The notes under the pieces: generated by a model
The model's database searches: none
What the model was told of the DNA's origin: nothing
The model's input: the letters and a program-made list of their open reading frames with translations, nothing else
Translations under genes and position numbers: made by a program
Shown here: piece after piece, positions 18,505 through 27,521 of the stretch
Layout: each line of letters begins with the position of its first letter
How positions within the stretch are numbered: the stretch's first letter is position 1
Sequence record: SRR20825006_2477
Strand: one strand, 5' to 3'
Length of the DNA stretch: 51,806 nucleotides

Positions 18505-20004
18505 ATGAAATCAGCACAACATATTTTTGGTGCTCTTATGCTTTTTGTCGGTTTAACCCTTAGTGCACAAGAGTCTAACCAATTACTTTCTCGAGATTTC
18601 TGGAGCAATAACCCGTCATTAGCAGATGTTAAGGCTTCTGTTGCTGCGGGCAATGATCCTTCAGAGCCTAACGGTAGTAATTTTGATCCGGTGGTTCTTG
18701 CAATCACTAATGATGCTCCTGTTGAGATTGTAGATTATCTTTTTGAACAAGAAGGTAATTCTGTAAATAAACTTACTCACGACGGAAGAACCTATATTTT
18801 CTGGGCAGCCTATCGCGGAAACTATCCTTTAGTAAAAAAGTTTGCTGATGCAGGCGCACAGATGGACTTAGTAGACGATCACGGTTACTCTGTATTGAAC
18901 TTTGCGGCAAATGCCGGTGTGACTGATACACAAATTTTTGATTATTTGATCGCTAAGGGTTCTGATCCTAAAACGGAAAAAAACCACAACGGCGCTAACG
19001 CACTTCTGTTAAACCTTCCAAGTCAGAAGGACTTTAAAATGGTTGAGTATTTTGAATCTAAAGGCTTATCGCTTCAAGATACTGATGATGAGGGTAATAA
19101 TGCTTTTGTTTACGCGGCACGAGCAGGAAATGTGGAGTTGATGAACAAGCTTGTGGAAAAAGGAATTGACCCTAAAGTGATCAATAAAGAAGGCGGAAAT
19201 GCAATTTTAGCAGCGGCACAAGGTACACGCAGAGGTTCTAGCCCACTTTCTGTTTTTAAATATTTAGAAGGTTTAGGTATTGATCCTAATGTTACCACGA
19301 CTTCAGGAACTAACCCACTTCATATACTTGCCGGAAGAAATAAAGATATGGACATCTTCTCTTATTTCTTAGCGCAAGGTGTTGACCCTACTGCGGTTGA
19401 TGGGGAAGGTAATACACCGCTGATGTATGCATCTATGCGTAATGACTTAGAAGTAGTAAAATTATTTGAAGCAAAAACTAAGGATATCAATCACACAAAT
19501 AAGGAAGGTGCTTCAGCTTTGAGTATGGCCGTTGCAGGAAATTCTCCTGAAGTAATTAGTTATTTGTTAGCCGAAGGTGCAGATGCAAGTATTGTTGATG
19601 AAAAAGGAAATACGTTAATGACCTACTTGGTTGACGCTTACAACCCACGTAGCGCGGCAGATTTTGATGCAAAAATGGCATTGCTTCAAAAAGAAGGTGT
19701 TGACTTTTCGTCAACTCAGAAGAATCAAGAAAATATGCTTTTGTTAGCGGTTAAGAAAAACAGTTTACCATTAACTAAAAAAGCTCTGGCTTTAGATATT
19801 GATGTGAATCAAGCTGATGCAGACGGAAGCACGCCACTTCAAATTGCAGCCTTACGCGCAGATGACACGGCGATTTTAGAATTGCTTGTGGCTAATGGTG
19901 CAGATACTACGGTGACTACTGATTTTGGCGAAAGCGTACTAGACTTAGCCAATGAAAACGAAATTTTAACCAGCAGCAAGGCGCGTTTAGATTTTCTAAA
20001 ATAA
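18505..20004 (+). CDS. Secreted ankyrin-repeat protein (module 2)
   Basis: Sec signal (LSA-Q); ankyrin repeats (GRTYIFWAA, GNNAFVYAA, GNTPLMYAS, GSTPLQIAA); paralog of 6670-8187. Confidence 0.9.
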   Translation: MKSAQHIFGALMLFVGLTLSAQESNQLLSRDFWSNNPSLADVKASVAAGNDPSEPNGSNFDPVVLAITNDAPVEIVDYLFEQEGNSVNKLTHDGRTYIFWAAYRGNYPLVKKFADAGAQMDLVDDHGYSVLNFAANAGVTDTQIFDYLIAKGSDPKTEKNHNGANALLLNLPSQKDFKMVEYFESKGLSLQDTDDEGNNAFVYAARAGNVELMNKLVEKGIDPKVINKEGGNAILAAAQGTRRGSSPLSVFKYLEGLGIDPNVTTTSGTNPLHILAGRNKDMDIFSYFLAQGVDPTAVDGEGNTPLMYASMRNDLEVVKLFEAKTKDINHTNKEGASALSMAVAGNSPEVISYLLAEGADASIVDEKGNTLMTYLVDAYNPRSAADFDAKMALLQKEGVDFSSTQKNQENMLLLAVKKNSLPLTKKALALDIDVNQADADGSTPLQIAALRADDTAILELLVANGADTTVTTDFGESVLDLANENEILTSSKARLDFLK

Positions 20005-20025
20005 GCCTGTATTTCAATCAAAATT

Positions 20026-20511
20026 ATGAGACTTAAAACTTTAATATTAGGACTGTTCTGTTTTACACTTTTTTCTTTTGTGAAAAATGATTCGGCAGAA
20101 ACTACATTCAAGTGTCTGATTCAGATCACTAATTATAGTGGTGAAGGTGCTTATGTTGTGGTGTCGCTCATCAATCCGCAGGGAGAATATGAGAAAACGC
20201 TTTTGGTGCAAGGAGATGACGAGGAGTGGTATCCTGACCTTACCGGATGGTGGGAGCAACAAAAGGTAAAAAATGAGAATATAGACGGAATCGCCGGTGC
20301 TACTGTAGGTGCTGGAGGCCGTGGCATAGGTTCCTTTAAAATTGCTCAGGATAAACTAGATAGTGGTTACAAACTGAGATTTGAGACTGCTGTTGAAGAT
20401 CAAAAGTATTATCAGGATGATCTTATGATTCCGCTTGATCAGGCAAGCCTTAACGGGAAATTTGCAGGTAAAGGATACATAAGATATGTACGATTGATGG
20501 CAAGTAATTAA
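20026..20511 (+). CDS. DUF2271 family exported protein (module 2), DGIAGAT motif
   Basis: KCLIQ.TNYSGEGAY, GYKLRFET.VE, G.GYIRYVRL shared with 8190-8699. Confidence 0.75.
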   Translation: MRLKTLILGLFCFTLFSFVKNDSAETTFKCLIQITNYSGEGAYVVVSLINPQGEYEKTLLVQGDDEEWYPDLTGWWEQQKVKNENIDGIAGATVGAGGRGIGSFKIAQDKLDSGYKLRFETAVEDQKYYQDDLMIPLDQASLNGKFAGKGYIRYVRLMASN

Positions 20512-20514
20512 TTT

Positions 20515-22716
20515 ATGATATTATCCATCTGGAGATACAGTCATTTAGTTTTGGCTGTATCTTCTTTTTTATTTATACTTCTCGCCGCGCTTACAGGTAT
20601 TGTTTTAGCCTTTGAACCTATTGATCACGCTGCTCTAAATTACAGTGAAGGTCAAAAAGATCTGCCGGTAACTCAATTGATAGATACGCTTAAGTCAACT
20701 TATGATGAAGTGCTGAGCGTAGAGATTGATGAAGCAGGTTTTGTAAAGGCTTCCGTGCTAAGTATGGATGGCGATAGCGGTGATTTTTATATCAATCCGC
20801 TAAGCGGAAAAAAAGTAGGCGAAATTGAAAAGCAAGCTGAAGTTTTTCAATTTGCCACCAGTTTGCACCGAAGCTTATTTCTTAAAAGCACCGGGCGTTT
20901 TTTTGTAGGACTGGCATCTTTCTTACTTTTTCTTATCAGCATTACCGGGTTGATTCTGATTATCAAACGTCAGCAAGGTATCAAGGCCTTCTTCAACCGA
21001 ATAATCAAAGATAATTTTTACTCCTATTATCATATTTATCTTGGCAGGTTATTGCTTCTGCCAATCATCATCATTACGCTTACCGGAGTTTATCTCTCCC
21101 TGCAACGTTTTGAGATCTTACCCAATATCGTGCTCAGTCACGATGTAGATTATGCTGCGATTACCGATGATCCGCAGCGGCCTCTTGCAGAGTTTCCAGC
21201 ATTACAAAATATTACACTCCGCGATGTGCGATACATCGAGTTTCCTTTTAGTCCTGATGTAGAAGATCCGTATAAAATAAGTCTTACCGATAAAGAAATT
21301 TTAATTAACCAAGTTACGGGTGAGATCATTAGTGAGATGCCATATCCTTTTGTGAATATGATGTCACATTATAGCACGGTCTTACACACCGGTAGAGGAA
21401 GTGTTCTGTGGTCAATAGTGCTTGCGGCGGCTTGTATAAGTATTTTGTTTTTTATCTATTCTGGATTTAAAATGACCTTTATGCGACGTAAAGGCCGTAT
21501 CAAGAATAAATTCAAAGCAGCTCAATGCGAAATCGTGATTTTGGTGGGTTCAGAGACGGGAAGTACGATGTCTTTTGCAGGATTGTTTTATAACGAATTG
21601 CTCAATAAAGGGAAAAAGGTTTTCCTAACCCAAATGGATAAGTACCAGAAGTTCCCTAAAATGGAGCATTTGGTAATTTTTACTTCGACTTATGGTGATG
21701 GCGAACCGCCGGCGAATGCTACTAAATTTATGAGCCAGCTTCAGAAAATTAACCAAAATCAAGACTTTAATTACAGCGTGGTAGGTTTTGGATCCTTAGC
21801 GTACCCTAGCTACTGTAAGTTTGCCTTTGATGTTGATGATGCTTTAAAAGCTTCGCCTGATGCTCAAGAATTGCTTGGGGTGTATACAATAAATAATAAA
21901 TCTTGGGAGGCTTTTGATCAATGGGTAGATCAATGGGGAGAACGTTTAGGACTTGCTCTTGATGTGCCACGGGATAACGCAGTTACCAAACCTCGAAAGA
22001 AGCCTAAAAAGTTTAAAGTTATTGCTAAGACCCAAGCGCAAGACAGTGCGGATGATACGTTTTTAGTAACGCTTCAGTCTGAAAAATCGTTGAAATTTAA
22101 ATCAGGAGACTTATTGGCAATTTATCCCGAAAAGGATGCGCACGAGCGCTTATATTCTATAGGAAAGAATTTAAAAGGCGAATTGCTTTTGAGTGTTAAG
22201 CGGCACGAATTCGGACTTTGTTCTAATTTCCTTAATGATCTTTCGGTGGGTTCTACCCTGAATGCTGTACGCGTTAAGAATCCGGAGTTTCACCTTAAGT
22301 CATCCCAAAAAGCAATTATGATTGCTACAGGTACCGGGATCGCACCGTTTTTAGGCATGTTTGCCGACAATCACAAAAGGAAAGAACGCATACTCTATTG
22401 GGGAGCCCGAAACGAAGCAAGTTTTGAACTCTATAAAGCGCAAATTGATACAGCAGTAGATCAAGGGCAACTTTCTAAATTCATTCCCGCATATTCCCGT
22501 GTTGGTAATGATAAAATCTACGTGCAGCACCTAATAGCAAGCGATCATCTTAGGTTTGCAAACGCGTTAAAAGATGGTGTCGTGTTGATGATCTGCGGTT
22601 CGATAAGTATGCAAAAGGAAGTGATCGCCGCACTTCAGGAAATTTGCCAAACCTATGAGTTGAAGCCGTTGAGCTACTACCAAAACCGCGATCAAGTAAA
22701 AATGGATTGTTACTAA
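20515..22716 (+). CDS. PepSY-TM domain fused to flavodoxin and FAD/NAD(P)H-binding (CysJ/PiuB-like) oxidoreductase
   Basis: Four TM helices with His motifs (YSHL, SLHRSL, YYHIYLG, VLHTG); flavodoxin GSETGST, TSTYGDGEPP, GFGS..Y; FNR RLYSI, GLCS, ATGTGIAPF, YWGARN, YVQH, ICGS. Confidence 0.88.
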   Translation: MILSIWRYSHLVLAVSSFLFILLAALTGIVLAFEPIDHAALNYSEGQKDLPVTQLIDTLKSTYDEVLSVEIDEAGFVKASVLSMDGDSGDFYINPLSGKKVGEIEKQAEVFQFATSLHRSLFLKSTGRFFVGLASFLLFLISITGLILIIKRQQGIKAFFNRIIKDNFYSYYHIYLGRLLLLPIIIITLTGVYLSLQRFEILPNIVLSHDVDYAAITDDPQRPLAEFPALQNITLRDVRYIEFPFSPDVEDPYKISLTDKEILINQVTGEIISEMPYPFVNMMSHYSTVLHTGRGSVLWSIVLAAACISILFFIYSGFKMTFMRRKGRIKNKFKAAQCEIVILVGSETGSTMSFAGLFYNELLNKGKKVFLTQMDKYQKFPKMEHLVIFTSTYGDGEPPANATKFMSQLQKINQNQDFNYSVVGFGSLAYPSYCKFAFDVDDALKASPDAQELLGVYTINNKSWEAFDQWVDQWGERLGLALDVPRDNAVTKPRKKPKKFKVIAKTQAQDSADDTFLVTLQSEKSLKFKSGDLLAIYPEKDAHERLYSIGKNLKGELLLSVKRHEFGLCSNFLNDLSVGSTLNAVRVKNPEFHLKSSQKAIMIATGTGIAPFLGMFADNHKRKERILYWGARNEASFELYKAQIDTAVDQGQLSKFIPAYSRVGNDKIYVQHLIASDHLRFANALKDGVVLMICGSISMQKEVIAALQEICQTYELKPLSYYQNRDQVKMDCY

Positions 22717-22933
22717 GTTACTGATTTAGATTCCACAGCTGTACTTAGCGCTAATTAAGAGTCGATAGTGGGAGACTAGTTTGAATATAATCATAATTTT
22801 AAAGTAGTTTTAGCGACTGTCTCAGTTTCGATTAATGAATAAAGTCATTACGGACTTACGATATTTTTCTCTAAAGTGTTAATTTTTAGATATTAATGCT
22901 ATTTTTATTGCATTAAATTTAAAATATGCCCAA

Positions 22934-23650
22934 TTGAGGCCTTCTCCACAACGCGTCGTAAAACTTGAATGGCTTACAGTTATATTGCTGATAGTCAACT
23001 TTTTTGCAACCTATTCATTTGAACTGGAAACCTTTCGGTTAACCCGAATGATCTCCTTAGCAGTCTTAGTACTCTATTTTCTGTTTCATAAACGAGTAAA
23101 GGGTTTATTGCTGGTTATGGCCTTTGCATTTTTTATGAGCAGAGAGGTGGGCTACCAATTTTTTGAAAGCCTGTGGGGAACCGAATGGTATATGGCTTCG
23201 GCAATGCTTGGCTATCTCTTTCTTTTTTTAGATCGTTTGCCTTTCATCAAATATGGCTTTAGCATTTGGATCATAGTTCTGGCGCTGATTTTAATAGCAG
23301 CCACACTTACTATTTTAGTGACCTTGGGAGAATTAGCCCGGCCGAATTTAAATTCACACGCTGAACTGATTTTCTTCTATGGCTATGGTATTGCATTGAT
23401 ATTTCTCATTCTGGCCGCCTTTTATTATAATCACGTGCTCAATAGTACGCGTTCTTTACTGTATACTTTTATGGTTTTTGGTTTTATGATGTCTGATATC
23501 GCAGCGTGTTTAGCTTACTACAATAAAGTCACAAGTCTATATTATGTAGATCGTGGATTTTTCATTTTAAGCATGGCGATGTTGACGCATTTTGGGTTAA
23601 ATCTTCATGGTGCTAAACGCGAACGGAAGGATTTAAAAATGCTTCGGTGA
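22934..23650 (+). CDS. Polytopic membrane protein of unknown function (paralog A)
   Basis: 238 aa, ~7-8 hydrophobic segments; colinear with 23812-24546; start uncertain (TTG). Confidence 0.7.
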   Translation: MRPSPQRVVKLEWLTVILLIVNFFATYSFELETFRLTRMISLAVLVLYFLFHKRVKGLLLVMAFAFFMSREVGYQFFESLWGTEWYMASAMLGYLFLFLDRLPFIKYGFSIWIIVLALILIAATLTILVTLGELARPNLNSHAELIFFYGYGIALIFLILAAFYYNHVLNSTRSLLYTFMVFGFMMSDIAACLAYYNKVTSLYYVDRGFFILSMAMLTHFGLNLHGAKRERKDLKMLR

Positions 23651-23811
23651 TTTTTATTTTTCTGATTATCAGAAAATTGTATATTTAATACGTTTTTCAG
23701 CGTTATTAAAAGTTCACGGAATACAATTCAGCGGTATTCTTAGGATGTCGCCCCAGATGTTTCCAAGCTTATCTGAGATAACTGAAAAACAATTCCCCGA
23801 AAAATGATATT

Positions 23812-24546
23812 ATGAGTAATTCTCGTGTACACCATTCCATTGTTCGGCAAGACCTACAGCTCAATAAACTCTTGTACTACGCACTTTTGCTGGCGGCCCT
23901 AAACTTTTTGGCCATTAGTTTTTTGCCTACGATTCCTATGCGTAGCATCAGGTTGCTAACTACAGTGTTCTTTTTGACCTACTATAGTTTTTTCATCGTA
24001 GGTAGAAACAGATATGTACTGGCGATCTTACTTTTACTTCTTGTTAGAGATGTATTCTATGTGTTTTATTGGCAAGGAAATGCTGCTTATTACTTTTTTC
24101 TGTTCAGCATTCTGAGTTACGGCGTTTTGTTGTTGAAACAATGGCGGCGATTAGCTAAAATCGAATTTATAAGTCCGTCTCTTCTTGTAGGGTTATTATT
24201 GGCAATGGCGTTTATATACTTAATAACCTGTCTTAAAGATATTATCGCCCCGGGATTGGAATCCACAGGCGTTCTGTTGATATTTTATGTTTTTGGATCA
24301 TTTATAGTGGTTACTTTACTTTCGGCACTTTACTATTATTATCGAGTGGGAAGCCGGCGCTCTATTTGCTTTGGGTTTTTAGTCTTCAACCTGATGGTTA
24401 CCGATGTGGCTTTCACCGTTGCATACTATACAGCATCCTACAACATGTATTATCTTGAGCGCTTGACTTACATTGGCGCGCTAGTGCTCTTATTACACTA
24501 CGGATTAAACACCAAACTCCTCAATCGCGAACTTCAGAACAGCTGA
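23812..24546 (+). CDS. Polytopic membrane protein of unknown function (paralog B)
   Basis: 244 aa, ~7-8 hydrophobic segments; shares R[DE]V.Y, S.RS, [ST]D.A, AYY...YY.[DE]R and H[FY]GLN with paralog A. Confidence 0.72.
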   Translation: MSNSRVHHSIVRQDLQLNKLLYYALLLAALNFLAISFLPTIPMRSIRLLTTVFFLTYYSFFIVGRNRYVLAILLLLLVRDVFYVFYWQGNAAYYFFLFSILSYGVLLLKQWRRLAKIEFISPSLLVGLLLAMAFIYLITCLKDIIAPGLESTGVLLIFYVFGSFIVVTLLSALYYYYRVGSRRSICFGFLVFNLMVTDVAFTVAYYTASYNMYYLERLTYIGALVLLLHYGLNTKLLNRELQNS

Positions 24547-24671
24547 TAAACGATTTAAAATCCAGCAAGAACAGTCCGTGAATTCTCAAAATATTTTGTG
24601 ACTTTTTCAGAAATAGAAAAAAAGTAAAACGCTTTTTTTTTATGTAAATTCGCAAGCAATTAAAAATGCTC

Positions 24672-25748
24672 ATGCTAGAACGATTAAACTTTATAAAACA
24701 ACGCTTTGACGAAGTAAGCGACCTTATAATTCAGCCAGATATCATCAGTGATCAAAAACGCTATGTAGAGCTGAATAAAGAATACAAAGACTTACGCGCA
24801 CTTATGGATGAGCGCGAAAACTATATTAAGCATACGCAGCGTATTGAAGAAGCCGAAGAAATTATTGCCGATGGGAGTGATCCTGAAATGACCGAAATGG
24901 CAAAACTTCAGCTTGAAGAAGCTAAAGAGGCTATGCCGGCTTTGGAAGAAAAAATACGTTTTATGCTGGTTCCTAAGGATCCTGAAGATGCTAAAAATGC
25001 CGTTATGGAAATTAGAGCAGGAACCGGTGGGGACGAGGCAAGTATTTTTGCCGGGGACCTGTATCGTATGTATATGAAATATTGCGAGAGCAAAGGCTGG
25101 AGAACCAGTACGATTGACTATAGCGAAGGTACCAGTGGTGGTTATAAAGAAATACAAGTGGAGGTAACCGGTGAAGATGTTTACGGAACTTTACGTTTTG
25201 AGGCCGGAGTGCATCGCGTGCAGCGTGTACCGCAAACTGAAACGCAAGGTCGTGTACATACCAGTGCGGCTACAGTAATGGTTTTTCCGGAGGCTGAAGA
25301 GTTTGATGTAGAAATTGATCCTAAAGATGTACGTATAGATTATTTCTGTTCGTCTGGTCCAGGTGGTCAGTCGGTAAACACGACCTATTCTGCTGTGCGT
25401 TTAACACACGAACCAACCGGTTTGGTAGCGCAATGTCAAGATCAGAAATCACAGCATAAGAACAAAGAAAAAGCATTTAAAGTATTGCGTTCGCGTCTAT
25501 ATGACTTAGAGCTTGCTAAAAAGCAGGAAGAAGATGCAGCAAAGCGTGGATCGATGGTAACCAGTGGTGACCGAAGCGCAAAAATACGTACCTATAACTA
25601 CCCGCAAGGAAGGGTTACTGATCACCGTATTAACTTGACGCTTTATGATTTGGCTAATATTATTGATGGAGATATCCAGAAGATAATAGACGAACTTCAG
25701 CTTGTAAGCAACACTGAAAAATTAGCCGAAGGCGGAGATCAAATTTAA
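24672..25748 (+). CDS. prfA: Peptide chain release factor 1
   Basis: [21 protein letters not shown] (PxT motif of RF1), [24 protein letters not shown]; start 24666 or 24672. Confidence 0.97.
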   Translation: MLERLNFIKQRFDEVSDLIIQPDIISDQKRYVELNKEYKDLRALMDERENYIKHTQRIEEAEEIIADGSDPEMTEMAKLQLEEAKEAMPALEEKIRFMLVPKDPEDAKNAVMEIRAGTGGDEASIFAGDLYRMYMKYCESKGWRTSTIDYSEGTSGGYKEIQVEVTGEDVYGTLRFEAGVHRVQRVPQTETQGRVHTSAATVMVFPEAEEFDVEIDPKDVRIDYFCSSGPGGQSVNTTYSAVRLTHEPTGLVAQCQDQKSQHKNKEKAFKVLRSRLYDLELAKKQEEDAAKRGSMVTSGDRSAKIRTYNYPQGRVTDHRINLTLYDLANIIDGDIQKIIDELQLVSNTEKLAEGGDQI

Positions 25749-25775
25749 TTTTCCAAATTACTAAAATCCATAGTT

Positions 25776-26597
25776 TTGAACATCAATACCCTTGTTGAGC
25801 AAATCAAAAAGAAACAGTCTGTTTTATGTGTAGGTCTTGATACAGATCTTGATAAAATCCCAAAACACCTGCTTAAGGAAGAAGATCCTATTTTTGCGTT
25901 CAACAAAGCGATTATTGATGCTACACATTCCTTTACCGTTGCTTATAAACCTAATACGGCGTTTTACGAGGCGTATGGTTTAAAAGGCTGGGATTCGTTA
26001 GAAAAAACGATAAATTATTTAAACGAGAAGCATCCTGATATTTTCACTATTGCTGATGCAAAACGCGGAGATATCGGGAATACTTCTAGTAGATATGCGA
26101 AAGCTTTTTTTGAAGATCTAGGTTTTGATTCAGTCACCACAGCGCCGTATATGGGAAAAGATTCCATAGAGCCTTTTCTGGCTTTTGAAGAAAAGTTTAC
26201 CATAATGCTCGCGCTTACGTCTAATCCCGGAGCTTTTGATTTTCAAACGCAGCAAATTGAGGGAACTGAGCTCTATAAAAAAGTTCTTGCGACGTCAACC
26301 ACTTGGGAGCACAGTGAGCGCTTGATGTATGTGGTAGGTGCAACAAAGGCTGAATATCTAGCGGAAATTCGTAAGATCATTCCTAATGCCTTTTTACTAG
26401 TTCCAGGCGTGGGTGCGCAAGGCGGAAGTATGGATGAGGTTTTTAAATATGGAATGAATAGTAACGCCGGACTGCTCATCAATTCTTCCCGCGGAATTAT
26501 CTATGCTTCTTCTTCGGAAGATTTTGCTCAAGCAGCAGCTGCCGAAGCGGAACGTCTTCAAAAGCAAATGGCATCGCATCTGGCAAAACTCAGCTAA
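25776..26597 (+). CDS. pyrF: Orotidine-5'-phosphate decarboxylase
   Basis: [34 protein letters not shown]. Confidence 0.95.
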   Translation: MNINTLVEQIKKKQSVLCVGLDTDLDKIPKHLLKEEDPIFAFNKAIIDATHSFTVAYKPNTAFYEAYGLKGWDSLEKTINYLNEKHPDIFTIADAKRGDIGNTSSRYAKAFFEDLGFDSVTTAPYMGKDSIEPFLAFEEKFTIMLALTSNPGAFDFQTQQIEGTELYKKVLATSTTWEHSERLMYVVGATKAEYLAEIRKIIPNAFLLVPGVGAQGGSMDEVFKYGMNSNAGLLINSSRGIIYASSSEDFAQAAAAEAERLQKQMASHLAKLS

Positions 26598-26614
26598 ACC
26601 TGTATTTTTGACCT

Positions 26615-27394
26615 ATGGTAGATCAATTAGGTCGTAAAATAAATCTCAATTACACTCCTGAACGTATTGTTTGTCTCGTTCCTAGTCTCACTGAATTATT
26701 GGTAGATTTAGGTTTGAGCGATCAATTATGTGGTGTGACTAAATTTTGTGTGCATCCTGAAAATCTCAAAGATCTAAAAACTATAGTTGGCGGTACCAAG
26801 TCTATACACATAGATCGTATCACAGCCCTGAAGCCTGATTTTATTCTTTGCAATAAAGAAGAAAACACGCAGGAAATTGTTGCGGCTTGTGAACAAATCG
26901 CTCCGGTTTATGTGTCAGATATCAATGACTTTGATGCTTTTTACACTTTGGTTAGTGATCTCGGAACACTCTTGAATTGTCAACATAGAGCCGAAACTTT
27001 AAATAGCGCTGTTAAAAATCGGTTTGCTCAATTTAGAAAGCACATGGTTACTGAGCCTACTCGTAATGTGCTTTACCTTATCTGGAGAAATCCTTTAATG
27101 GCTGCCGGAAGAGCCACCTTTATAAATGTGTTGTTAGAAGCTTGTAAGTTTAATAATGTGATCATTGAGCAGGATTCACGTTATCCTGAAGTAGATTTAG
27201 AATTGCTTAAAAAAGCAGATTTTGTATTGCTCGCTTCAGAGCCATTTCCGTTTTCTGAAAAACATAAAGCTGAATTTGAAAGCGAATTAGAAGCACAAAT
27301 ACTTTGTGTAGACGGCGAATATTTCAGTTGGTATGGAAGTAGGCTTCTAAAAGCTTTTGATTATTTTGAGCGTTTGCTGCTCGAGATGCATTAA
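26615..27394 (+). CDS. BtuF/FhuD-like helical-backbone metal receptor, no signal peptide
   Basis: PERIVCLVPSLTELL..LG, VGGTK, LKPD...NKEEN, VDGEYFSWYGSR. Confidence 0.8.
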   Translation: MVDQLGRKINLNYTPERIVCLVPSLTELLVDLGLSDQLCGVTKFCVHPENLKDLKTIVGGTKSIHIDRITALKPDFILCNKEENTQEIVAACEQIAPVYVSDINDFDAFYTLVSDLGTLLNCQHRAETLNSAVKNRFAQFRKHMVTEPTRNVLYLIWRNPLMAAGRATFINVLLEACKFNNVIIEQDSRYPEVDLELLKKADFVLLASEPFPFSEKHKAEFESELEAQILCVDGEYFSWYGSRLLKAFDYFERLLLEMH

Positions 27395-27471
27395 GCCGGC
27401 TTAAAGTTTTTAGTTGAAATCAACTTAGAATTTCACAGCGAGTCTAGGATTAAACCTTAAGAAGTGCTGAT

Positions 27472-27498
27472 AAAAAAAGCCGCCCAATTGGGCGGCTT
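27472..27498 (-). terminator. Intrinsic terminator after susD
   Basis: A7-GCCGCCC-aatt-GGGCGGC-TT. Confidence 0.85.
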
Positions 27499-27521
27499 CG
27501 TGTTGTTTATAATCAAGAAGA

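Noticed and set aside
6670-20004. Ankyrin proteins as eukaryote-like host effectors or T9SS cargo
   Set aside because: They are embedded in transporter operons, coupled to DUF2271, and show no T9SS C-terminal domain; a periplasmic role fits better.
1-24665. Search for an attR copy of the tRNA 3' end (..CCCTCCGGGGTCAC) or an integrase bounding the iron cluster
   Set aside because: No repeat of the tRNA end and no recombinase/transposase ORF was found by eye, so no mobile element is called.
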